Assembly (NCBI GenBank): GCA_012295275.1
Contig: CM022669.1
Span: 6,572,001-6,636,000, forward strand
Source: Chrysomallon squamiferum
Taxonomy: Eukaryota > Animalia > Mollusca
Direction of reading: 5' to 3'
DNA: 64,000 nucleotides
Made by a program: the position numbers and the translations under genes. The notes below the pieces were generated by a model. The model searched no databases. It was not told the DNA's origin and worked only from the letters and a program-made list of their open reading frames with translations. Shown here piece after piece: positions 27,401 through 38,130 of this stretch. Position 1 is the stretch's first letter, and each line of letters begins with the position of its first letter.

Positions 27401-28331
27401 TGATCACAAAAACAAACCTCTTGCAAAGTCAAAAGTTGATCCCTTCATACGCTTACTTTTACGAACTGCACTATAGATTAAACGACCTGTACGGAAGTCA
27501 AAAGCACTGAGATCAAGAGCTTCTCCAATGTAGCGGGCCAACTGTGGCTTGCTTCGGATCTTCTTGCCATCTGGGCTGAAATGAAAATAAAACAGATAAA
27601 CAAAGCTCATTAAAACATTAAACATATAAGTGTGACTCTGGGCATAAATGTACATGTAAGCTCTTCATACTGACAAAACAGATTACTCAAACAACAGCTA
27701 TTACTTGTTGTTTGCTGATATGAACAGGATTAAAACTGAATCAGCAAATGTTTGAGTTAATATTTAGCTTCCATTCAATCAATTCATTTTCATATGAAAA
27801 CTTGTTACTGAAAAAAAAATTAAGTATGTGAATAAACTGCTGAAACAGTTTCTAAACCTATTAATTGTTTAACATTAATACAATGATAATAATTTGATTT
27901 TGTTCACCTTACTACCCAATACTGGTCTGATTTTTAATTTGTGATTACGTCTGTTCGGAAAGAAGGTGCGACAGAACTCATTTCACTGTGTCGTATTTTA
28001 CTTTGATTGTAAAAGTTTATGAAAAGATCATATTATTACCATGTATTTTAAATTAATTTATGAAAGCCTGACGATGACATAACAAAGTCAGATGTAATGA
28101 CATTATGTTTCAACAATAAATAAAATACAGAATACTGAGAATTCAGTTTTAACTTTGTGTTTAAAATTCTGTTTATGTGTATTCGTTGATAAACTAATAT
28201 GTAATATACCTAAAATAATAAACATCAGTTTTTCCTGCAGATAATCCAGATTTCCTTACTACCTCTTCCCTCTTCCAACCAGATGGCAAGCCGCTTTCAG
28301 ATAACTTTGATGTTGATCTTTGCGGATCCAT
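24405..28331 (-). CDS. MBD2: Methyl-CpG-binding domain protein 2/3 (NuRD subunit). 5 exons: 28331-28210, 27575-27418, 25716-25574, 25083-24993, 24658-24405.
   Basis: LPSGWKREEVVRKSGLSAGKTDVYYFS/PDGKKIRSKPQLARY...LDLSAFDFRTG (MBD domain), LPIRQTASIFKQPVT, PKQ/LFWEKRLQGL, and C-terminal coiled coil EEDIRRQEGKVNEARLKLQDAL. This is the invertebrate single MBD2/3 orthologue. Confidence 0.95.
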
Positions 28332-28344
28332 TGTCCACTTTAGC

Positions 28345-28385
28345 ACACAACCGGAAGTGTTTTTCTTTTCTCCCGGAAGTTATAA
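28345..28385 (-). promoter_or_regulatory. Tandem ETS/GABP-like CCGGAAGT motifs just upstream of the MBD2/3 ATG
   Basis: accggaagtg at ~28350 and cccggaagt at ~28372. Confidence 0.5.
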
Positions 28386-29123
28386 TGCCAAGTGAAAATA
28401 ATGCCTTTTGTTTATTTCACATTTAATTTATACCCATTAACAATAAAATAAATGTGATATTTTTTGTAATTTCAAATTTTTATAATCACAATTTAATATA
28501 TATATTGTGTGATATATTCTTAAATTTTATAATAAATTGTGCTTGGTGTAGGTTCATACACTGAAATAGAAAATGGTTGACTGTCAGCATTTTAAGTGGC
28601 GGTAATGTTTAAAAGATTGTCAAGACACCTATATTTAAAAATAAAATCTGTTTTTCAAAAAAGATATAGAAATAATATAAAAAAAAAATCAATGATTTAA
28701 ATATATTAGTTGTTATACTGGGCAAAATATAATTGTTACTATAGTACCTACAACTACTAATACGTTATTAAAATATTAGCAATAGCTTTTAAATTTATGC
28801 CTGCTACGTTATTGTCACCTGTGTTAAATATTATATAACTACTGTCAGTAGTAGTAGAAATAGTAGTAATGTAGATGCATCGATGGTAGTAAACTAGTAT
28901 AAACAGAAGTAATAATGGTTATGATATCCTGATAATCTAAGGCCAGAATAATCATTCATTCGTTGATATATTAATTTATTGATTATTCTGAATTTATTTG
29001 TCTCTTAAGAGTTTTCCATGACTTTCAAAGGGAAACTTTTTTTTGTTATTTTTCTCACATGACCATTAGTAATTATTAGTATTCTGTACATTAATTAGAC
29101 AGTGTATATATTACTATACTCAC

Positions 29124-29124
<1 letters not shown>

Positions 29125-29187
<63 letters not shown>
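29125..29187. repeat. (AAT)n microsatellite
   Basis: Seen directly. Similar (AAT/ATT)n tracts occur at ~30930, 37590, 46790, 47590, 48720, 49620, 53910, 59760, 61670, 62960 and 63825. Confidence 0.95.
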
Positions 29188-29189
<2 letters not shown>

Positions 29190-29347
29190 CTTCAAACAAA
29201 TATATATATATTTCAGATAACCTACACCTCCCTGAGATTAACCATTGACTGTAGTTGTATTAATGGTAATAGTTCTCAAGAACATTTTACAATATTTTTT
29301 TGTTTTAAAACTATATTTGTATATATTTTGTAATACAGGTAAAAGAA

Positions 29348-29502
29348 ATGTTTCGAGGATTAACTGCTTGGTTCTCAGAAAGTGTATCAGCCAAACGAAG
29401 ACATCTTTGGAGTAAGGAACATAAAAACCCCCACTAAACCAATTATTATTATATAAACTGGGACACTTTTGTCAAAAATTCACAAAAACCCAAGTATTTA
29501 TT

Positions 29503-29535
<33 letters not shown>

Positions 29536-30930
29536 GTTATTATTATTATCTTTTGTTATTATTATTATTATTTATTCATTTATATATTTTATTATTATTA
29601 TTATTCTTATTATTTTTTAACAGCTGGGGTATTGTTAGGTTATATTTGTCATTTTTCCACAAAATTTATGCACCAACTTTTAGTCTCATTTCAAATAAGA
29701 AAATTATTTAAATGCAAGTTATTTCTTATACATGTTTTGAGTTATTCATGCATCGTTTAATTACAGAACAACATGGTGGAAAAGAAGTTCATTTTGATGA
29801 TGCGCAGTTTGTATTTAGTGAAGACTGTCAAAGTGAGGACACAAAGAGGTATGAATTTATCTTTAACAATTCATTTTAAATTTTATACTTAGCTAGATAT
29901 CAGTCACATTTCATGATGATTTCACAGAGGGAATATTCTGTTTCCTGTCCAAGGATTAGGTTGTCATGGAAACAGTGCGAGGTTTATTTCTAATACTATT
30001 TGTATTATTCTCAACAGCTGTAAGTAATCTTTATCAGGAAATCAGATCCTCAGACTGCTTGTTTTGAGATATTAGGTTGTATAAAAAAAATGCTGTATGA
30101 TATCATTTTTATTTTTATTTATTTATTTACATTTAAACTTTTTTAATAATAAACTGGTGACTATATAAAAATAATTATAATGGTTATGGTATAATGATCG
30201 GTAAAATACATTCAATTTAGTTTTTGATGTAAATGAGAAATTCAGTCCACTTGGTTTTCACCTGTGTGATGTTTTAATATATATTTGTATAAGTGATTGT
30301 GTGTGAGAGTGTGTATGTGTGTATGTGTGTGTATGTGTGTGTGTTTAGTTGTTTCTGTGTGTATGTGCAGATGTGTCTTTGTGTGAATCAGACTGGTTTA
30401 TTAATTTTCTTTTTTTTATTCACTGAAAAACAGTTTGCATTTCATTAATATTTAATATCGTTATTTCAGTCAGATTAGAAGAAAATTGTAACTCTTATTA
30501 TTTTTAAAAATAATCTTTTGAGATTACAGAATGTTCATAATTTTTTTTATGTGGAGGCTCTTTGAATGATTTCATTTTTAATATTTTCAGAATCTATCAG
30601 AGTGAAGCATACATGAATGAACATCTTGCAATTTTTCATGCCAGCTATATCAACGAGTGTGTACAAAAAGGAGATTCAAGAATAGTTGTCCTTGGAAAAT
30701 ATTTCATGCCACCTTTGGAGGTTCAGAAAAGTAAAATCACAAAATGCAGAATGTTAATCTGGAATTTGCTTTTATAGAAATATGTACACCTTCACATCTA
30801 TATATGAATGTATATACTTTTTGAAAACAAACAAGCTCTGAAGTATATTTTTTAATTATTATTTAAGAAATAAGATTATTTGTCATTAATTTCTCTGTTT
30901 TATGTATTTATTTATTTCATTATTATTATG

Positions 30931-30981
<51 letters not shown>

Positions 30982-32621
30982 GTTATTATTACTATTGTTG
31001 TTGTCATTATTATTATTATTATTTAGCAGCCAACATGAACTGGGAGTGGATCAAGATATCTGATAGTGAAGGCACCAGTGATGAGGTGGGTAATTAACAA
31101 AGTATTTCATTTAATGCCTCATTTCATAATTACCTTCATTTACAAGTAAATCTAGACATTCTCTTTGCATCAGTAAATAAAACAGTTTTATGTCATTTAT
31201 TATCAGAACTTTGTCATGTGCCTTCATTGTATTTGGCCCTAGAATTATGTTAGGAATAATCTCACTAGACTGTCAGATAGATAAATCTTGACTAATATGG
31301 AAAAAAAGGCTGAGATATTAATATCAGAAACTTCAAGTGTCGAGCCCATTGGATTTAATTTTTATTTATCAAATTGTGAATATAGCATCTTTTAAAAAAC
31401 TGTCTCAATTTCAGTAGGCTCTTACTGTTACTATTATTTAAAATATAAAACTTTGCATTTGTAACAGACTTTGCATAGGAATCTGTAAATGAGTGTATAC
31501 ATGTGTGCATATGTGTAGAACTAAATGCTTAGTATAACAAATATATATTTGTGAAGAGTTTTCTTTTTTCTTTTTTTACAAAGCATTTCTTTACTGGATT
31601 TTTATTTATTTATTTATTTATTTTCAAAGAATGAAGATGAACAATCAGTTTCAACAGCAAGGTCAAAAGTCAACAACACAGTAAACATAGCTGTTCAGAG
31701 AAATGCAAATATTACTAAAAACAAATCTCCAACTCACACTGTAACCATGGTAACACAAAGCAACAATATCAGTACAAGTTGGAGACCAGCCAATCATGGC
31801 AGAGTCACTAGAAAGAGAGGTGTTGTCAGTGAGAATACCATGGTAACTGACAATGTCACAGTGAAGATACCTGTCAATCGTTGTGATGCCAGTGAAACTG
31901 GTGGCATGACAGCAAAAAAGCCTACCAATCACTGCAATACCACAGCAACTGATGATGTCACAGTGAAGAGACCTATCAATCGTTGTGTTGCCATGGTAAC
32001 TGCTGACACAGCAGTGAAAAGAATGGATGAAAATGCTCTGCATAATGATGACATGACAAAGAAAAATAACGATGGGGAAGAAACCATAGTGATAAGTGAT
32101 GAGGAAAATGCTAATGAAGGTAAGACTACTTTTCTAACAAGAGATGTGAATTTGGTTCTGATTAATTTTAAAATTGGGAAAATGTTAAAAGTTTATGTTT
32201 GTTAATGATAAAGCATGACAATAATAAAACTAGAATGTGAGAATACAGTAATCTTCATTTTGTTTCTGCGTCTGAAACCATTAACTAGCTTCAGTAATAA
32301 AATTTATTCTGTCAAGATTTAAAAAAAAGTTAATTTGAGATAAAGAGGATAATTAACTTGATCAGTGCAAAGAGTGTAACTGATCACAAAAAAATTTACA
32401 TACTTCCATTCATACATCGATTAAGGAATGGTCCCCACCACTTGAAAAATAAGTCCCAACAGTTATTTAGATGAGTTTCTTAAAACATGTTTTAATATAA
32501 CTTAATATAATATTTTTGTACAGACACTGTCCATATTGACACATTGCCAAAGATTGCTGGTGTTATAGAAGATTTGATCCCTGGTCAACAAGGAGTTGCT
32601 CTTTACCTAAAAACATCTTGA
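29348..32621 (+). CDS. TERB2: Telomere repeats-binding bouquet formation protein 2. 6 exons: 29348-29411, 29767-29848, 30591-30730, 31027-31085, 31630-32119, 32524-32621.
   Basis: MFRGLTAWFSESVSAKRRHLWKQHGGKEVHFDDAQFVFSEDCQSEDTKRIYQSEAYMNEHLAIFHASYINECVQKGDSRIVVLGKYFMPP matches the recalled vertebrate TERB2 N-terminus (MFQGQRGWFCGSVS...FW...GG...ADFLFSCDASHPDTLRIYQS...VFHAYY...VALGHFILPP). The last exon, DTVHIDTLPKIAGVIEDLIPGQQG, matches the MAJIN-binding C-terminus (YISIDAMKKFLGELHDFIPGTSG). Phases are consistent. Confidence 0.88.
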
Positions 32622-34385
32622 TCACTGCTGATGTGACAAGAATTCTTTCAAAGACAGCTTGTTATCAGCAGAGATTTCACAAATCTTGAACTGGAAAAAC
32701 TGGATTTCCACTAATCACAGACTACTACTTCTTAAAACAACCAAATATTTTTACTAATTATGGATTGCATTATGGTGACGAAAAATAATTTGCACAAATT
32801 TGGATTGTGAAAAAGAGGACGGATTTTTCACTAGTCATAGACTCAGTCGCCAATAAGCAGATACAACATGCAATAAAAATGGATTCCTGCTAATACTGAA
32901 CTGTTGTATAGAAGATAGTTTTTGACTGAAATAAGTGTGGATTTTCAGAAATCACTGATGTATGTTTTAAAGATTTCCACTAATTATGGCTTGCAACAAT
33001 TACTGAGAACTTTCTGCCATAGCAAATAAGTCATTTTTGGATACGAATTGCTTCATGTAAGAAATAATGGCTTAGTTTTTGTTACTGTATCTTTTTGTAT
33101 TTGTGTGTATGTTATTTTTTTAAGCAAAACTTCTTCTTGTTGCTTTACTGTTATGTAGTCGTGTTTAATATTTTATTTAGATTTAAAATAGGCATTAATT
33201 CCTGGAAAAACATCCTGATTCTTAAAATTAAAAAGTCATATGTTTTTTATTTTCTGTTGTTTTTCTGGGTTTTTTCAGTTAAAATGTTATTTAACTAAAC
33301 CTGACTATATTTTGAATGTAAATGGTTGCTGAAAGTTATAATACTTTCGTTTTTCCTTTTTTAAAATAGGCATTATGTATATGTATATATATATATATGT
33401 ATGTTACAAAGAAAATTCATCATTCCTGAAATAAAACATCTTGATTTTTGAAAGTGAAAAAGTCATGTTTTTTTTTTTTGCTTGTTGGTTTTTCAATTAA
33501 ACTGTTATTTAACTGTATCTCACTATATTTTGTATGTAAATAGTTACTGAAAGTCATATCAATGATATAATATGGGAGAGGAAACCTTATTTGTTCCACA
33601 TTGACTACTCATCCATATTAGTAACAAGATATCTTTTGCATCAGCTATTAAAAGAACAGAAAATGCTCTTCTGACTGTTTGATTTTTTTCACTTTTGCAA
33701 TGGCAGCATTGGATGTGTTAAAAGTTGTAATTCGTCTGAAAATTCTAAAATTACTTGTTAAAAATGCTGAGGTCTCATTACATTATATGATAAATTATAC
33801 AAAATATCATTCTCCTTCTCCCTCTCTCTGTCTCTCTTTTATCCTCTTTTTCTCTCATACATTTACATGTTTAACTACAATCATCGTAAGAAAATAAATA
33901 AACCCTAAGAGAGCCAAACAAACATATTTAACAAGATAATATAAATAAATAAATAATAAAATAAAAAAATAAAAACTACAGTTTACCTGATGGCTTGGAC
34001 AGCACGTTCTACTAAACAAAATCATTGGCTTATACCAACATCAGCGCATCAATTAGAGCAGTATATTCATCCTGAAAAAACAACAACAAAAAAACAAAAC
34101 AACAACAAAAAACAAAATATATATATATAATAAATAAATATATGAAATAATAATAAAAATAATAAACCGTTATAAATAAATAACTTATACTTCTGTTATT
34201 ATTAAAATTCAAATTTAACTGGTATCAGTTACTGGATTATTCAGACAGAGTGGGCTGCAGGATATTTTCAAAATACTTTGTTATTAATAAATAATGTTGG
34301 GTTATATCCATTGAACACATGACTAAACAGGTCAAAAATTGGAGCTAATTTCAAAATGCGCAAGAAGTACAATGTGAACATCATG

Positions 34386-34623
34386 CAGTGGCGTGCAGAG
34401 CTCTGGTGATGCTCCAAAGACTCAAGTGTAAGGCCTAGTACTGAAAAATATTAATGAGAAAGAAAGATGTTTGAATATGTAAACACAGATGAAACATAAA
34501 ATAAACACTTTATTCCATTTAAATATAAATACAGATTTATTAAGTTCTATTATCTGATTAGATGCCCGTACCCATTTTGATGCCCGGGGCCACTGCCCCT
34601 TCGTCTAACTCTGCACGCCACTG
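34386..34623. mobile_element. 238-bp MITE, probably hAT superfamily
   Basis: Perfect 15-bp terminal inverted repeats CAGTGGCGTGCAGAG (34386-34400) and CTCTGCACGCCACTG (34609-34623), with GATGCCC-like subterminal motifs. The 8-bp flanks (acatcatg / acagccag) are not an intact TSD. Confidence 0.75.
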
Positions 34624-35289
34624 ACAGCCAGAACAGATTCGTATTGCTGTGGATAAAAAAGGAAATAAATTAATTTAAATGTTTTCAACGTTCCAGTTCA
34701 GAGAATCTGGGTAAAATATGCATATCTAACATGGCAAGATGGTGCTACTGCCTGGTGTGTTCGTTAAGGAAAGCAGGATGACAATTTTTTCAAAATCGTG
34801 ATCAACGAAGCCTTAACGTGAGGCTAACATTCCAGCAATAAGAAAAGCTCCCGATAATAATATCTTCTAATAGTACAGCAACTCAAAACAGCGTACTGCA
34901 GAATACAGAGTGATGGACTACACAGACAAATAGTGTTTTATATTTAAAAATCCGATATAAAGATTAAAAACCCGATACTCACGAGAATCATGCAAACTAG
35001 CTATTCCTTTTAGGGACAACGCTGATGTCCAGAGGTACTGATACAGACTATAACACGAATACAATAGACTGACCAAAGTTAATCCCATACCACCCAAATC
35101 ACACCTAGCCAAAACCCAGTGTTGTTGTAGTAGATTGATTTGTTTAGGTTTTTGGCTAGTTGGGAGGACACCGGTTTCAGTAGTGCCAGTAATAGGAATA
35201 GTAGGGAAAGTGGTACTACTACTAGTAGAGGTATGTATGAAACCACATCTTCACTAGGTGGTCTCAAAATTACCAGATACAAGATACAA

Positions 35290-35462
35290 ACATGGCTTGC
35301 ATATTAGCAGTGTATTGTTCTTAGACTCAAAGATCAGATGATCGTCTGTCATGGTGATCCGGTTTCCATTTTCTGTTGTTAACGTTCGGTAAGTGGCATT
35401 CACGTGTGGCTTTCGTTTTATAGATGTTTTTACTTCTGAAGGTATACTCTTACCATTTTCAA
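35290..35462 (-). pseudogene. Orphan Hint-domain exon (copy of Hog exon 39402-39231) with a frameshift near its 3' end
   Basis: VENGKSIPSEVKTSIKRKPHVNATYRTLTTENGNRITMTDDHLIF, followed by a 1-nt loss relative to the intact copy. The flanking intron sequence is also homologous. Confidence 0.8.
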
Positions 35463-35589
35463 CTGGAAGAAGAAGAAGAAAAAACAACCTACAGAAGAAA
35501 AAGCAACAAATAATGTGTTTGTATTTCTGTAACATTCAAAGATCCTTGAGGTATTCAGTCACGTTGAAAAGTTCATTTACAGACATAGT

Positions 35590-36095
35590 TATATTGAAAA
35601 CATTTTGGTTCTAATATTTTTTATGTTATTTTATCCAAGCTCTGTGAACAGCAATGTATGATGCTACTTCGGCAACTTCTGTGATTATTAACTGACGCTT
35701 ACTGATTTCAAGAAGTCAGTTTAGAAATTAGGTTGTAGATGTACTCTGATTTAATTCTTAAACATTAACTGAACAGAGGATAGATTCCATTCATTAAAAC
35801 GCATTTTCATAGACACCAAGGTTCCAGTGCTTAAAGAAAGACGAAATTATTTATCTGGTCATTTCTGACCTACGCGACCTATCATCTTCTAAGTTACTCT
35901 AAATAGTTGCTTATTTCAGTATTGCTTACGAAATATTAAAACACCAAACTGATACAAACAAAGAAGACCTTCATCAACTATGATTACCATTAGGAATCAG
36001 TATTATTCGGGGCAATAATTTAATTGTGACAGAATGTGTGAAAATCAAACATTAATGAAAATATATTAGCTGTTAAATCTAGTAATTTCACAAAG
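35590..36095 (+). repeat. ~500-bp direct segmental duplication of 41220-41700
   Basis: Shared blocks such as tatgatgctacttcggcaact, cagtttagaaattag.ttgtagatgtactctg and tctagtaatttcacaaag. Confidence 0.8.
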
Positions 36096-36607
36096 AGAAA
36101 AGTGTTGAGGGAGGGAAAACAAAAGATCGTGTTTACTCCTGCGAAATGCAAGAGAGTGTTGAGCAGATCGAAGGGTAAGGATCCTGTTAGTTTTTTTAGT
36201 TTTTTTATACCGCTTTTTGATGTTCCAAGAGATGTGTTATTCTTTCATAACTGATTGACAGACTGACTAAAAAAAAAAATATATATATTTATATATATAT
36301 ATATAATAACGTGCTAATCAGAGGAAGCTTATATAAAGTGTTCCTGCGACACGAAAGCCCTGTAAGTAAACCAGGAGAGGCTTCTGAAAGAGAAGAGTGT
36401 TGAGGAAGAGAAAAGAAGGGATCCTCGTTACATCTGCGAGACGCAAGAGAGTGTCTTTCACTTTTTTCTGTTTCCATCATCAAATTCGTGCTGAGCTGGT
36501 GGTGTTTTGATCACTGCTCCTGTTGCAGGCTCTCTTAAGATGTTCATCTTTATGTTGTACGGTTCGAATCATCAATTTATGTTATATTACTTGATTCCAT
36601 TAATCAG

Positions 36608-36645
<38 letters not shown>

Positions 36646-37162
36646 CATTGTGCGAGACCATATTTTGTAAGTTTCGTTGAAATATGCATTTTGAAGTGTT
36701 GTAATTAAAACAAGAAATTGTGCTGATTCTTCTAATCGGGAATCCAAATATACAGTTGTAGACCATTCGGGGCAAGAACGATATGTATATAAATCAAGAA
36801 AATATTCAAAATTTTGTCAGCTCAGATAAGTGTAATTTCGAATAATGGAATGTTGAGAGACTTGTGGAAAGTACAGATTATTCTTCAATCGGCGATTCAC
36901 AAATCAAATGAAACCGGCTTTGAAACACAATACAGATTTGGCGGTTTTTCCATGGTCAGCAGAAACAGACCTGCCTAACAAGTATATAAAAATGTCTGTG
37001 ATATTCTATCTTCAGGTAAAACTTCAAAATGTTAAATCAAACGTTGCCATCTTAAACTTACACTAGACGATAAAACTAATTTTGAGATGTGGTGAAGCCC
37101 AACATCGTACCGCAGCAGTACAATATAACTGATTAGACAAACATTCAGTTCAATAAAACCGT

Positions 37163-37322
37163 CTAGCGAGTATATTAGTAGATTCGTTGATCAAATGGTT
37201 CTCTGGCATGGTAATGTGATTGCCAAATGGCGTTGTTTACGTTGGATAAGTAGCTTTTTTGTGTGGCTTTCGTTTCATTAAAGGTTAAAGTTATGAAAAT
37301 ATTCGGTTACCATTTTCGACTC
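37163..37322 (-). pseudogene. Heavily decayed Hint exon copy
   Basis: VENGNRIFS*L*PLMKRKPHKKATYPT*TTPFGNHITMPENHLI, with three stop codons. Confidence 0.7.
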
Positions 37323-38130
37323 AAAAAAAGGAAGAAAACAAACTATTTTGTTTGAATTTTTTAAACATAGAAAAAAACATCAGATGTTAAAACATTATTA
37401 AAAGAGCAATTTACAAAGTGTTTATAAGAAAAGAAACAAAAAATAAAATAAAATAAAATAAAATAAAAATTCAGTGCATAAAAATGGAAAGAACAGGGCC
37501 TAGCATAAATGTATGGAGACGAACATTATATTTTTGTATTTATTTATCAAGTTTCTTCTTCTTCTTTTTTTCTCTTTCATTTCTGTTATTATAATTATAA
37601 TTATAATTATTATAATAATTATTATTATTATTATTATTATTATTATCGGTAGTAGCAGTGGTAAAAGTAGTAGTAGTTGTAGTAGCGTTTTTTAAACTCA
37701 TCATCAGAAAATTAAAATAATGATATTTTAACTCATTCTTACTGTAGGTCAATTCAAATTCATAAATATTTAGGACAATAACAACTATTTCATACTGTAT
37801 TAAATCATATTAGCAAAAAAAAAAATATGTGTGTGTTGTGTGTGTCTGTTGTGTGTGTGTGTGTGTGTCTGTTGTGTGTGCGTGTTTGTGTTTACGCCAA
37901 TTTGGAAAATTTCCTATCCAGTGTCCTGTTAGGTAATTTAATAAAAGCACTTGCAATATGGTTACCTGTCACTTAAATAGCGTAATCAAAAACAAACTCA
38001 GTTATAGATCAGCGCATATATTTGTCATACGTTTCAGCATGGAACACAAGAATAAATATAATTTAAAAAAAAAATAAAAAGTAAAGAAAAAAAGGATTAA
38101 TAATAAACTTAAAACGAAAGAACACGTTCA

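Noticed and set aside
32695-33560. Short degenerate repeats (ggatttccactaatcacagact) and a ~110-bp duplication in the TERB2 3' region, superficially array-like
   Set aside because: Irregular spacing and poor identity. Ordinary UTR tandem decay, not a CRISPR-like array, and the context is eukaryotic.
33986-34072. Exon-like segment on the minus strand with a good acceptor and donor
   Set aside because: Stops in all three frames and no partner exons identified.
36095-36490. Repeated agagtgttgagg...ctgcga.a.gcaagagagtgt blocks and a 64-aa ORF
   Set aside because: Short local duplication with no recognisable protein or element.
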